Positions 46,821 through 57,449 of a stretch of 64,000 nt of DNA are shown here, piece after piece; within the stretch, counting starts at the first letter, position 1, and every line of letters starts with the position of its first letter. The stretch lies in the IMG/VR virus record IMGVR_UViG_2061766007_000682; one strand, written 5' to 3'. The notes beneath the pieces are model-generated. The model was not told where the DNA came from. It did not search any database and saw nothing but the letters and a program-made list of their open reading frames with translations. Source of the stretch: an uncultured virus (IMG/VR IMGVR_UViG_2061766007_000682). Its lineage: Duplodnaviria; Heunggongvirae; Uroviricota; Caudoviricetes. The position numbers and the translations under genes are program-made.

Positions 46821-47903
46821 ATGTCAATTATTTGTAAGAAAGTATTAGTATGTAACAGATGCAGATGCGAAACGATAGTGGATGACGTCAAGTATATTGG
46901 AGCAGCGAATGTTAAACTCACAGCAGCTCCGCTTAATGAAAGATATCGTGTTCTTAGTCTTGATCATAATGATATTTGGGATTCTTTCTATCTCTGTGAC
47001 AAGTGCATGGATCTTGTTAGGTCTATCATTGACGGCGAGGATTATATTCTGCCTAAAATGGCTGAGAAGAACGAGAGACCGCCGGAGGACGACAAACCTG
47101 ATTTGAATCTGTATAAGAAACTGCCGGAGGATGAAGACACAGTTCCTACAGGATCTTGGCATGTAAAAGGACCTGATCCGGACGAGATGGAATTCGAGGA
47201 GATCGATTTCAATGAATCTGAAGAAGACGATGATCTTGATTCTGAGGAACCTAAGAATGAGCCGATTATTCGCAAATGGGATCCTTGTAAGGATAAGAAA
47301 CGTGAACGCATTGTATGGGACGATTATATTGTTAAGAAGATTGTCGATCTCATCAAGAAAGGTTGTAACAAAAAGCAGATTTGTACGGAACTTAAACTGA
47401 CGGACAAGCAGTATGCCAGTTTCTTGTACAAAGTTCGCAATCCGGAAGAAGTAGTTGGCGATAATACTAAATATGTTCGTTGGAACAAGATGTATAGTGA
47501 TATCTTCTCGGACTCAAATCCGCGCCAAAAGAGAAGACCATTTACCAAGTTTAATAAGATTGACAGTGACACAAAAGGAGAAATCATAACTGCGATTAAA
47601 GCAGGAAAAACAGAAGACAAAATTAGCGAAGAATTCAATGTTAGCAGAAGCACTATTTGGCTTATTAAACGTGAATTCGGTCTTATTTCTCGTAAGCTTG
47701 TTAAATCTGAAGAACGGTTCACTCCTAAACTTGTCCGCGAGATGTTCGAGGCTAGAAAAGATGGGATGGCTTGGAATGCTATAGCTCAAGTTCTTAACAT
47801 CCCGCAGTCAACCCTTAGTTTATTCGTCCGGAGTCTGCGCGAGGCAAAGCCCGGCGACTGGATGTACGATCTGGCTAAGGAATACGGTTACATCGATGAT
47901 TAA
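46821..47903 (+). CDS. Zinc finger plus multiple helix-turn-helix protein
   Basis: CNRC...CDKC, acidic linker, HTH-like segments ISEEFNVSRSTIW and IAQVLNIPQSTL. Confidence 0.7.
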   Translation: MSIICKKVLVCNRCRCETIVDDVKYIGAANVKLTAAPLNERYRVLSLDHNDIWDSFYLCDKCMDLVRSIIDGEDYILPKMAEKNERPPEDDKPDLNLYKKLPEDEDTVPTGSWHVKGPDPDEMEFEEIDFNESEEDDDLDSEEPKNEPIIRKWDPCKDKKRERIVWDDYIVKKIVDLIKKGCNKKQICTELKLTDKQYASFLYKVRNPEEVVGDNTKYVRWNKMYSDIFSDSNPRQKRRPFTKFNKIDSDTKGEIITAIKAGKTEDKISEEFNVSRSTIWLIKREFGLISRKLVKSEERFTPKLVREMFEARKDGMAWNAIAQVLNIPQSTLSLFVRSLREAKPGDWMYDLAKEYGYIDD

Positions 47904-47914
47904 GGAGAAAAAGT

Positions 47915-48106
47915 ATGCTTAGGACATGTCCATTTAAAGAAGTCAGAATAGAAAAAAGAGATGGAAACACAACAACGCAGAGTATTGAATACGGTGATTG
48001 TGTTCGATGGAGCTGCCCGTTCTTCACATGTACTCATGGATCATGGGGAGAGGATGTCTGCAAACGGGTAGACTTATATTTAAAAACCGGAGGAAACATT
48101 AAATGA
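47915..48106 (+). CDS. Small Cys-rich protein
   Basis: CPF...C....CPF...C. Confidence 0.6.
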   Translation: MLRTCPFKEVRIEKRDGNTTTQSIEYGDCVRWSCPFFTCTHGSWGEDVCKRVDLYLKTGGNIK

Positions 48107-48870
48107 AATCATCAACATTACACTGGTTAATCGGTATTGGAACCGTATTAACAGCGGTAGCAACAGGAATTACGACAAAAATTGCATCAGATAAGGTAAA
48201 TGAAGAGCGTCAAGTACGTCAGCAACAGGATCCAGGCTTCACGGATTTGACGAAATGGGAGAAATTTAAGATCTATGCACGCTGGGAAACCATTCCCTTG
48301 ACCATGGCAATAGGTACTGGAGCAGGTATTTATCAGTCATATAAGGAGTCTCAGGAAGCGATTAAAACAGTCAGTAGCGTAGCTTCGGGGGCAAGCACCT
48401 TTATAAATGGCTACAGAGACCTAACAAAAGAGGCTCTTGGAGCGAAGAAAGAAGATGCTATTTACACGAAAGCAGTGCAGGAAAATGTAATGCCAAAGAC
48501 AGTTCCGGCCAATCTAATCCTTGGAGAGAACGATTGTTTATGCATGGTTATCTCTCCAGGACTAGATGAAGTCGGTAGCGGATTGCCATTTGTTTCAAAT
48601 GCAACTAAGATTAAGGAAGCAACATTGNNNNNNNNNNNNNNNNNNNNNNNNNNNNNNNNNNNCAAATCTATGTTGAATGATGCTTCCTTTTCTATTGTCG
48701 AGTGGTTTGATTATTTAGGTGTTAAGATTGATAACCGAATTTTAGATCATCTTGGATGGACGTATCAACATGATGGAGTGATCGAGATCTCATTTAGAGC
48801 TGGATTAACAAATGATAATAAACCAATCCTGGGAATTGAATTTACGGTGGATCCGCATTATATAGAATAG
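48103..48870 (+). CDS. Membrane-anchored phage protein, paralogue of 55335
   Basis: Gly/Ala-rich TM segments, Y......G..KE, LG...GW motifs. Confidence 0.7.
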   Translation: MKSSTLHWLIGIGTVLTAVATGITTKIASDKVNEERQVRQQQDPGFTDLTKWEKFKIYARWETIPLTMAIGTGAGIYQSYKESQEAIKTVSSVASGASTFINGYRDLTKEALGAKKEDAIYTKAVQENVMPKTVPANLILGENDCLCMVISPGLDEVGSGLPFVSNATKIKEATLXXXXXXXXXXXXKSMLNDASFSIVEWFDYLGVKIDNRILDHLGWTYQHDGVIEISFRAGLTNDNKPILGIEFTVDPHYIE

Positions 48871-48998
48871 GAGGATTATATTTATGGTAAATGATCATTA
48901 TCTTAGAGTTGCTGAGTATCAAGGCGACTACGTTGACACACGAGAACTAGAGCAAACCTATAATCCCGATCTTAAGAAATATTATATTCCGGAGGGAA

Positions 48999-49232
48999 AT
49001 GAATATGGAAAAGATAGGTGAGATTTTCCTGGCGGTAAATGAGTATTACAATAACTCGCTAGGACGTAGAGAAGTAAACTCAGCAATCGCATTCAAGTCG
49101 CATGCAGCTGCGGTTGGATATTGTAATTCAAAGAACGAGGAAGAAAGAAAAGATAAAGAACGGTTAGAGCGAAATGGTATCTTTGCATCTAACTGGTACG
49201 TACGTTGCATCAATTTATACGATGTTAAGTGA
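48999..49232 (+). CDS. Hypothetical protein
   Basis: IAF.S..AA motif shared with 51375. Confidence 0.6.
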   Translation: MNMEKIGEIFLAVNEYYNNSLGRREVNSAIAFKSHAAAVGYCNSKNEEERKDKERLERNGIFASNWYVRCINLYDVK

Positions 49233-49238
49233 GTTATA

Positions 49239-49329
49239 TTTGTGGTGGCGGAATAGGTAGACGCTTATGGCAGNNNNNNNNNNNNNNNNNNNNNNNNNNN
49301 NNNNNNNNNNNNNNNNNNNNNNNCACAAA
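49239..49329 (+). tRNA. Partial tRNA-like gene (Leu-type D arm; anticodon in gap)
   Basis: TGGCGGAATAGGTAGACGC D arm; TTTGTG pairs with CACAAA after the gap. Confidence 0.5.
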
Positions 49330-49449
49330 TTATATTTAAAAGGAGATGAATTTATGGAAAGTCAAAAACTTAAATACATTATTGGCGGCATTCTGCTGTT
49401 TATTCTTTTTGTGGTTCTTGCTATTCTTAGTTTGTGACGGAGGTGTAAT

Positions 49450-49737
49450 ATGAGCGATACAGTAAAACTTGTTAAATGCGGTAACGTACGTGAAATGATA
49501 ATGGGTGACAAAATATATTTTAAAAACGCATTGGAACGATGTGAAAAACTAAATCACTGGCTGTACATTTGTGACTCAAGCGGGGTTGAATTTGAAAATA
49601 TCATATTAGAGTTAGCCCCTTTTAGCGAACTTCCGTCATTCTTGAAAAAATCATTATATTCTAATGAAGTTATTAACAAACCAATACGTATGGCAACGAT
49701 GGGCGTAGTAACTTTTGTTATGTTTTTGGATGAGTAA
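49450..49737 (+). CDS. Hypothetical protein
   Basis: RBS GGAGGTG. Confidence 0.6.
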   Translation: MSDTVKLVKCGNVREMIMGDKIYFKNALERCEKLNHWLYICDSSGVEFENIILELAPFSELPSFLKKSLYSNEVINKPIRMATMGVVTFVMFLDE

Positions 49738-49748
49738 GGAGGCACGAC

Positions 49749-49997
49749 ATGGCTAGAATTATATTTGTAGGAGAAAGTGAACTCCAGATTTCAGATGAAG
49801 ATGCAAAAAAGATATGCAACGTCATAAACTTAAGCGCTTTATTTCCTTCTGATATAAGTAAGTTTACACGTTTGTCAGATGGTGTAATAGTTAATATCAA
49901 TCATATTCTTTTCATTGATGGCATTAACTGGGAAAATATGAAAGATGGTGATGAGAATGAAAAAGACACTTTCAATGAAGAAACCTATTTAGTGTGA
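49749..49997 (+). CDS. Hypothetical protein
   Basis: RBS AAGGAGG. Confidence 0.6.
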   Translation: MARIIFVGESELQISDEDAKKICNVINLSALFPSDISKFTRLSDGVIVNINHILFIDGINWENMKDGDENEKDTFNEETYLV

Positions 49998-50230
49998 GGT
50001 TATTCGCGAATGCGGAAAGGTAATAATTAGACCAAAAGAGGAGTAATGAACATGTTCTACATCTTAAAAGAAATGTACATGACTAGGATTGCAATTGCGG
50101 CAAACCTTCCATATCCAATCCCGAAGCGTTTTAAGATTTATGACTGTTGCGGTTGTGCGAGTTACCTTATGCTTCCTAGAAAAAATGGTAAATACAGGTA
50201 CTCGATGGCTCAGTTGAGGAGGTGAAGAAA

Positions 50231-50521
50231 ATGGAAACTAAAACATCTATGACTGATGAACATGCTATCCATGTACTGGAGACGATGGCACAAATGTTTG
50301 CTATTAAATCTCGCAAAGATTCTAAGGATGAATTTAATCTTCTTGCTCAAGAAGCAATATTGCAAGCCATTTCAGCTCTAAAACGTCCTAAAGTCACTTA
50401 TATTTGCAAAGACAAAGGCAATGATTATTGTCATCATACGTCTTATGTAAACATGGCTAGGAATTTTGAGAAGGTTGGTGACAATGCGTACCAAGAAATG
50501 GAGAGACAAAATGAGATTTAA
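50231..50521 (+). CDS. Hypothetical protein
   Basis: RBS GAGGAGGTGA; MT...AI..L...EA...AISAL. Confidence 0.6.
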   Translation: METKTSMTDEHAIHVLETMAQMFAIKSRKDSKDEFNLLAQEAILQAISALKRPKVTYICKDKGNDYCHHTSYVNMARNFEKVGDNAYQEMERQNEI

Positions 50522-50803
50522 TTTAAATTATACATTTGCCGATCTTTCATCATATTTCAGGAAACATTTGGTATCAGCAGATATAGAACCACATTGGTTT
50601 AATGATGTACTAGTTACGCTGAGACGAGATGAATTCGAGGTAACTAAATTAATCCATTTGGATAAAGAAGATTTAATGGAAGAGATTGAAAATATGGTGG
50701 CTGAATTGGATAGCAATTATCCGGNNNNNNNNNNNNNNNNGGACCAGAATTTGTTACAAATGGAGAATTATGTTGGCTGGAAGAAAATACATATAAGCCG
50801 ATA

Positions 50804-51085
50804 GTGAAACTAGATGGTATTTACGGTATAAAAACTGTAAATGAAATTAGAAGCGAACTTGATCTGGATCCGGTTGATAACATTGTAGCAATCCCGCAAA
50901 GTTATTCTATCGAATTGACAGGCAGCTTTCACGTTAACGACAATGAAATTATATTTGACCTGATACATCCGGTTAAATGCAATTGCAGAAATTGTGGAGC
51001 ACCTGTTAGATTGGAATATTGCGAGTATTGTGGAACACCATATCCGACAGACTACAAGTTAGGAATGAAATTTGGAGGTAATTAA
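50804..51085 (+). CDS. Zinc-ribbon protein
   Basis: CRNCGAP...CEYCG. Confidence 0.6.
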   Translation: MKLDGIYGIKTVNEIRSELDLDPVDNIVAIPQSYSIELTGSFHVNDNEIIFDLIHPVKCNCRNCGAPVRLEYCEYCGTPYPTDYKLGMKFGGN

Positions 51086-51374
51086 ATATGTCAAACGAAG
51101 AAGCTATTGAGATGTTAGAAGCCTTGCTGGATCCCGAGACATATGATCCAAAGCTGTCAAAAAGAGCAGAAGAAGCAGTTAAAGTAGCAATCGAAGCGCT
51201 TAAGGAAAGGAGTAATTAAATGAAATGTCCATGGCAAACAGTAGAAGATACGTACAAANNNNNNNNNNNNNNNNNNNNNNNNNNNNNNNNNNNNNNNCTG
51301 TATTAAAGACTATTGCCCGTTTTACAATAGTGAAGAACGGAAGTGCAATCGAGTAGAACATAAGGAGGATACAA

Positions 51375-51657
51375 ATGGATAAAATACATGTCATATTCAC
51401 ATCATCGCTTAACAGAGACGTAGGTCATATCACAAGTGAACCGATCATCGCATTCGGCTCAAGACCTGCGGCTAAAGCATTCATGAACGAACGTAGAGAG
51501 GAGGATGAGCGGCAAAAGGAATATTATATTAGCGAAGGCATATACGATGTCAGATGGTGGATGGAAGAGGTACCGCTTAATGACATGAATCTCAATGCCG
51601 ATGCCAAGGACCGCTTAGAGGCGAAGTGGGAAATCAGACCTGCCGATAACGGCTGGG
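51375..51657 (+). CDS. Hypothetical protein (3' end in gap)
   Basis: RBS AAGGAGG; similar to 48999. Confidence 0.55.
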
Positions 51658-52585
51658 NNNNNNNNNNNNNNNNNNNNNNNNNNNNNNNNNNNNNNNNNNN
51701 NNNNNNNNNNNNNNNNNNNNNNNNNNNNNNNNNNNNNNNNNNNNNNNNNNNNNNNNGAATGAAGAAACGTTAAAGGACATTTTAAATATGTCAAATGAAG
51801 AATGTGTTAAGGTTCTCGAGGATGCTGGATTTGCAGACCTTGATAAGTCAGTAGCTCATTTTGCATCATCAGANNNNNNNNNNTAATGAAGAAACATTAA
51901 AAGACATTTTAAATATGTCAAATGAAGAATGTGTTAAGGTTCTTGAGGAGGCTGGATTTGCAGACCTTGATAAGTCAGTAGCTCATTTTGCATCATCAGA
52001 TTCCAATTTAAATGCTAAATATGGTAAGCGTGAGATCGCTTTGATGAAACAGAATGTAGCACTAACGAGAGCATTTAACGCACTTAAGGATACTACTATG
52101 AATAAGAAACAGATTGATGGGGGAACTTGTAATGGTAATTAAGTATGAATGTAAGTGTGAGAGATGTAAGAAGCCGTATAGTTTGAAAGGAGATGAGTAT
52201 TATACTAATGATCTTTTTAATACAGACATGTGCCCTGATTGCACTGCCTTAAGAGATGCNNNNNNNNNNTAGACATGTGTCCTGATTGCACTGCTTTAAG
52301 AGATGCTATGTACAATGCATTTTATTATGCTCTTCACGATAGTCCGGAGGAAAAGAAGGAACTCAAGCTCGAGGATTATGTTAACATGGCTTATCTGTAT
52401 GCTAACAAATTTACGATATACAACATTACGAATTTGTACATGCTTCCTGAGTCTGTTGTACGTAACATTATATTTGATATCAAAGCAGGAGATACGCCTA
52501 GAGCAAAGGAAGTGATGAGTATTTTAAAAGAAAAGTATGGCATTCTTGAGCTGGCAAAGAAAGCGGGTGAAAGGTTGAGTGACTA

Positions 52586-52987
52586 ATGAATGTTAAAGTT
52601 AAGAATGCTTTATGGCAATACGGGTTTATGGAAAAGCTACTTACGTATGCACTACAGAAGAATAGAATGGAGGAACTTATGAAAATCAGAGATACTAGTG
52701 GAAAACAGCCTAAGATATTTAGATTGGATGATGTTGAATCAGGTCAGCTCGTTACACTTATAAATAATGAGCATAATAAAAGTACTTTAGCGGACTGGAC
52801 AGTTAAATCAGTTTTAGACGGAACCCATAATATATTCTTTACTACCGGAACTTGGGATGACACTACATGCAGCATTGTGAGACTAGATAATGGTTATATT
52901 TATGATGTGTCAAGAGATACACAGGTATATGTCTATGACGAACCTGAGATCTTGATTAGTAATTTTAAAACAGAGGAGGATGAATGA
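52586..52987 (+). CDS. Hypothetical protein
   Basis: K.FRL.D.E.G ... V.VYD motif shared with the C-terminus of 52991. Confidence 0.6.
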   Translation: MNVKVKNALWQYGFMEKLLTYALQKNRMEELMKIRDTSGKQPKIFRLDDVESGQLVTLINNEHNKSTLADWTVKSVLDGTHNIFFTTGTWDDTTCSIVRLDNGYIYDVSRDTQVYVYDEPEILISNFKTEEDE

Positions 52988-52990
52988 TGA

Positions 52991-54076
52991 ATGAGACTGG
53001 ATGATTGTTCAGAATTTCGCGGACATAGGCTAAAAAGTTGCTCAAGATGCGGGCATCTGTTTGATGGGCTTAAGCTTACTAGATTGAATTGTGACCAATT
53101 AAATGCTATTAAAGACAAAGAATGGCAGTTTGGTTTTAAATGGAAACTGAGCGATTGGGCTGTTGGCGAAGCGGTTAAAGTGGATGTATGTCCTACATGC
53201 TATGCTGACATTATTAGTTTAATTAGTGCACATGAGCAGATTGATAAACTAACTATTGGCTATGCATCAGAGCATCCAGATTTTCTTGCTAAGCAGCTCA
53301 ACATTCCTGTGTGCAAATGCCAAATATGCCACAAGGAGTTGCCTAAGAATGGCTTCGTAAATATACCGCATTATATTACTTCTGATATATTAACGAATCC
53401 GGAGGATTATTTTGTGGAGTGGCCTAAATCTGAGAAACAAGCTTTTATAAATGTATTATCTGAATCGGCATATGTAAAAACAGTAAGAGTATGCCATCAA
53501 TGTTACGAAGGCCTTTTCCATGAATATCTTAATATTGAAGTACAAAGACTCAAGAAGGAAACTGATCATAAGGTACCGATTTATATCAATGGCGAGTATC
53601 AAGGAGAAGTATATGCAGAACCGTACAGAGTTGACACGTTACAAGGTTGCTGTATTAGAAAAAACGACATGGTAGATGCTGCAAGGTACACTTACGAAAA
53701 ATTACAACATGAAAGAAAAATACTTAAATTTAAATTGGAGGAACGTAAAATGAAAAACTTAAATGAAACAAAGACACACGCATTCGCAATTGAGAGAAAC
53801 TACGACGAGACTGATCGTAAGTTGTTTAGACTTGAAGACGCTGAAACAGGCGATTTTATCAGACTTGCTACGGACGAGGAGCGGCTCATTTACATGGTCG
53901 TAAACATCGCACCAGTCAAGAATCGCGTAAAAGTAAATGAAAAGTCAGAATCTAATTGCGTTTGGTGCGTATGCATTCAGACTCAGGATCTCGTAGCGTT
54001 AAATAGCGACGAGATGGTATATGTCTATGATCCCAGATACATCGCTTTCCGTATCGGACGTTTCATCGACGCGTAA
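52991..54076 (+). CDS. Multi zinc-finger protein, possible internal start at 53750
   Basis: CSRC/CPTC and CQIC/CHQC pairs; internal RBS GGAGG before in-frame ATG. Confidence 0.65.
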   Translation: MRLDDCSEFRGHRLKSCSRCGHLFDGLKLTRLNCDQLNAIKDKEWQFGFKWKLSDWAVGEAVKVDVCPTCYADIISLISAHEQIDKLTIGYASEHPDFLAKQLNIPVCKCQICHKELPKNGFVNIPHYITSDILTNPEDYFVEWPKSEKQAFINVLSESAYVKTVRVCHQCYEGLFHEYLNIEVQRLKKETDHKVPIYINGEYQGEVYAEPYRVDTLQGCCIRKNDMVDAARYTYEKLQHERKILKFKLEERKMKNLNETKTHAFAIERNYDETDRKLFRLEDAETGDFIRLATDEERLIYMVVNIAPVKNRVKVNEKSESNCVWCVCIQTQDLVALNSDEMVYVYDPRYIAFRIGRFIDA

Positions 54077-54089
54077 ATAAGTAACCGAA

Positions 54090-54119
54090 GACGCGCGAAA
54101 ATCTATTGATATTATAGAA
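54090..54119 (+). promoter_or_regulatory. GACGCG-N17-TATAGAA element
   Basis: Same spacing as array elements. Confidence 0.7.
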
Positions 54120-54178
54120 GCGGATAATATGCTTCTTTAATTTTTTTAATCTATATTATATTTAAGGAGGACAGTAAA

Positions 54179-54457
54179 ATGTCGGAAAACGTAAACAATG
54201 TAGAACCAAAGGTTGAGAAGAGGGGCATCTTCGCAGAAGCTAAGGCTTTCTGGTCTGATGTCGGCGCAGCTATGAAGAAGCGCAAGATGGGTAAGGTTCT
54301 CGTAGGAACCGCGATCGGCGTTGTAGTAACAACTGGCGTTGCTGTTGGAACAGTAGTAGTTACGAAGAAGCTTCGTGGTAAGAATGACGAGGAACCGAAT
54401 TATATTCCTGAAGATGCAAAGGATGTCACACCTACAGAGGAGACAACTCAGATCTAA
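54179..54457 (+). CDS. Single-TM protein with acidic tail (solitary cassette)
   Basis: RBS AAGGAGG; followed by hairpin terminator 54480-54519. Confidence 0.75.
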   Translation: MSENVNNVEPKVEKRGIFAEAKAFWSDVGAAMKKRKMGKVLVGTAIGVVVTTGVAVGTVVVTKKLRGKNDEEPNYIPEDAKDVTPTEETTQI

Positions 54458-54589
54458 GGAATAAACTGGGAAGAAATAATAAGGAGGCTGGATACCACAT
54501 CTGGCCTCTTTATTTTTTTCTTTTATTCAGAATAATTTCTCTAGGAAGAATATTCCTATTACTTAAATTATATTTAGGAGGAAAAATGT

Positions 54590-55318
54590 ATGTCATTACC
54601 AAAGTCATCGTTAAATGGTAACTTTCCTGATAACAGTGATTTCCAACTGACTGATAGTATTAAAACGGCAGAAGGTTTGACAAAGAAAGTTATCCAAGGG
54701 AAAGCGATTGAAGGTAAAAGTAATGCGTTGACAGCTGCTAAAGACTCATTCCTTTATCATGATGGCGAATCCATAGGATCAACTATCATGGAAACAGTTG
54801 TCTTGCCTGCAGCTAAGAATTTAGCAAGTAATGTAGTTGGTAGTTTCTTCGATATTGTGGTTGATTCAATCAATAATATTATATTTAAAGACGACCCAAC
54901 TCATGCTCGAGGATCATCGTATACGAAAGGAACCGGATATGTTGGCTATAGCTCTATTTTTAATAATAACTCTGGCTATTATAATGTTACTCCTTGCTCT
55001 TCTGGGTATCGCAGTAGCATTAACAATCAAGCTATTTCTCCTGCTTCTCCTACTATCCCCAATCGTTATAATAATATCATTCTTGAGAATCGTGGTGAAG
55101 CGGAAACATTCATAGACGATCTGCTTGATACGGTAAATCGTTATCAATCTATTAGTGTAGCAAATGTATATGCTAAGTTGGATTGGGTATCAACGTTCCA
55201 GGATACGAAATGGGGTTGGACGCCGGATATCCTTAATCCAAATACGATCGTTAAAAGGCGTGTTGCAAACGGAGCATGGCGTATTATATTGCCACGTCCG
55301 GTAGCTATTGATATTTAA
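54590..55318 (+). CDS. Conserved-type phage hypothetical protein
   Basis: V.LPAAK...R.EAE...SVA..Y...D.KWGW...LP.P. Confidence 0.75.
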   Translation: MSLPKSSLNGNFPDNSDFQLTDSIKTAEGLTKKVIQGKAIEGKSNALTAAKDSFLYHDGESIGSTIMETVVLPAAKNLASNVVGSFFDIVVDSINNIIFKDDPTHARGSSYTKGTGYVGYSSIFNNNSGYYNVTPCSSGYRSSINNQAISPASPTIPNRYNNIILENRGEAETFIDDLLDTVNRYQSISVANVYAKLDWVSTFQDTKWGWTPDILNPNTIVKRRVANGAWRIILPRPVAIDI

Positions 55319-55334
55319 AAGGAGGTTAAATAAA

Positions 55335-56321
55335 ATGGGATTCAAAGAAACTATTCTTGAGAAGACCGCAGGCGCAAGATTGTTCTACAAGGATCATCAG
55401 TCTGAGATTGAAATTGGAACTGGTATTGCGTGTTTCGCTCTGTCTGTTATCACAGCAGCTAGAGCAGGAATTAAAACAAAGAAGATCATTGATGATTACA
55501 ACAAAGCTGCATGCGAGGCCGAGGTGCATCGTCAGGAAGGCATGGTAACCGTTTGGTCTGACAATCAGCAGGAGATCATACCGTATACGGAAGAGGATTT
55601 TAAAAAGGAACTCCGTAACATCAAGCTTCGTACGGCCGGTAAGATCGCAGTAACATGGGCTCCTTCAGCTCTCGGCTTTGCCGGAGGTACAAGTCTTGTC
55701 CTGCATAGTCATCATCTAATGGCTCAATCTAACATTGCTCTTGCCGCTGCACTTAAGACAAGTGAAGAACAGCTTAAGAAGTACAGGGATAAGAATGCAG
55801 AAAAGATTGGCGAAGAAAAAGAACAGCAGGTGTATGACGGTCAGGAAACTGAGAAGAAAGGCAAGAAAGAGTATGTTCTTCAGGGCACACCGTTATCTAA
55901 ATATGCCAGACTGATGAGTAAGGATACGCTCGGTCGTTCTGCTGATTGGTGCAACAGCTCGTGCGATTATAATTTCGGACGTGTCAAGAGAATCAATGAG
56001 TGGGCAAATAGACAGCTTAAGATGAATGGCGTTGTAACACGAAGAGAAGTGTATGAAGCGCTTGGCTTCGATGTTACGAATGAAGATCCTGATTGTTCCG
56101 TAGATGGATGGAGACTGAAGAAATATGGTGGTAAGACTGATGAAGGTGGTATTGAGATCAGAATTATTGACCATATCGGTGGAGATCCTAATAATGTAAC
56201 CTATGTACGTGACGAGTTTGGGGACGGTTACGTACGTTCCGCGGATGCATTCTGGATTGATTTAAACTGTGAAGGTTGTATTCTTGCTGTTAGTACATTG
56301 AAGAAGCTTGGAGGAGCGTAA
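55335..56321 (+). CDS. Membrane-anchored phage protein, paralogue of 48103
   Basis: TM segments, YR......GEEKE, EVYEALG...GW, D.NC.G.I. Confidence 0.75.
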   Translation: MGFKETILEKTAGARLFYKDHQSEIEIGTGIACFALSVITAARAGIKTKKIIDDYNKAACEAEVHRQEGMVTVWSDNQQEIIPYTEEDFKKELRNIKLRTAGKIAVTWAPSALGFAGGTSLVLHSHHLMAQSNIALAAALKTSEEQLKKYRDKNAEKIGEEKEQQVYDGQETEKKGKKEYVLQGTPLSKYARLMSKDTLGRSADWCNSSCDYNFGRVKRINEWANRQLKMNGVVTRREVYEALGFDVTNEDPDCSVDGWRLKKYGGKTDEGGIEIRIIDHIGGDPNNVTYVRDEFGDGYVRSADAFWIDLNCEGCILAVSTLKKLGGA

Positions 56322-56322
56322 A

Positions 56323-56856
56323 ATGAAATATCTGAATGTTATAATTAGTTGTGTCTGTGCTATAGGCGGCGGCTTAGCTGGTTACTATTATGGTAAGCAG
56401 AAGGAAGTAAAAGCTTACGAAGCAGATATTGCATCATTAAAAGAAGAGTATCAGAAAAAGATCGATGAAGCCAAGAAAGCGGGGAGAATGGAGATGCTTA
56501 AGAATATGAGCAAAGGCCCAGTTGATGGTGAAGAACAGAAACTGAAGGAGAACGGGGATATTGATGATGAAATCGTTGAAGTTGTATCCGAGAACGATGC
56601 TCTTGATAGCCCCGTTATTGAAGACATTATATTTTTCGGTAAAGACAAAGTGTGGTGGAATCAGGATCGTGAGAAGACATACAATAACAACGATCCGTTT
56701 ACTATTCCAACAGATTTCTTTACATATTTTGGAGAAGATAAGGCGGATCTGATTTATCTTCATAACACGAAGACAAATGAGTACTTTGCCGTACGTTACA
56801 ATCCTGGATCCTATGTTTCTAATGTTCTCGGTTATGATGATACCTCTGATGATTGA
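56323..56856 (+). CDS. N-terminally anchored acidic protein
   Basis: GG.AGYYY anchor, coiled coil, FGE...D.IY..N. Confidence 0.7.
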   Translation: MKYLNVIISCVCAIGGGLAGYYYGKQKEVKAYEADIASLKEEYQKKIDEAKKAGRMEMLKNMSKGPVDGEEQKLKENGDIDDEIVEVVSENDALDSPVIEDIIFFGKDKVWWNQDREKTYNNNDPFTIPTDFFTYFGEDKADLIYLHNTKTNEYFAVRYNPGSYVSNVLGYDDTSDD

Positions 56857-56885
56857 TGCTTCTCTAAAGAGAGGAGGAATTATAT

Positions 56886-57449
56886 TTGGGAGGTACGAGA
56901 TATTTGTCGCGTGCCGAGGTTGAAAGAGATCAGTATATTGGATGGCTTGCCGATAAAATTAATATATATGTCGGCGGCCAGTATTCCAATCTGATACATT
57001 GCTTATGGGAAATTCCATTTGTGTGGCAAGTACCTGATGACAGAAATAGAGCGATCGATGGTAACATGCTACGTACGATTTATATTCAGTCACATACGGT
57101 TTTTAATACTAATATTGTGTTCCCGTATGAAGATGGTTGCACATTCTTGGAATTTCTCATAGCTCTTTCAATGAGGGCAAACGACATTATGTACGAACCA
57201 GGTGTCGACAAAACTACCGATTATTTTTGGCAGATTATAAGCAATATTGGCTTAGATCATTGTGTTAATGACACGTTTGGTAGGACTTGGGACGCCTTTT
57301 ATGTACATGAAACGATAGGAAAAATACTCTCCAGAGACTATGATTATGACGGTTTGGGAGGATTATTTCCACTAAAAAATCCAATAAATGATCAAAAAAC
57401 GGTGCCAATTTGGTATCAAATGAACGCCTATTTGAATGAAAATTCATAA
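56886..57449 (+). CDS. Conserved-type phage hypothetical protein
   Basis: D.NRA.DG..LR, LE.LIAL..R, G.GGLFPL, W.QMNAYL; start uncertain. Confidence 0.7.
   Translation: MGGTRYLSRAEVERDQYIGWLADKINIYVGGQYSNLIHCLWEIPFVWQVPDDRNRAIDGNMLRTIYIQSHTVFNTNIVFPYEDGCTFLEFLIALSMRANDIMYEPGVDKTTDYFWQIISNIGLDHCVNDTFGRTWDAFYVHETIGKILSRDYDYDGLGGLFPLKNPINDQKTVPIWYQMNAYLNENS

Noticed and set aside
51758..52000. 116-bp direct repeat with four substitutions
   Set aside because: Copies flank a short N spacer; most likely two strain alleles scaffolded in tandem.
52224..52308. ~36-bp direct repeat
   Set aside because: Also straddles a short N gap; probable assembly artefact.
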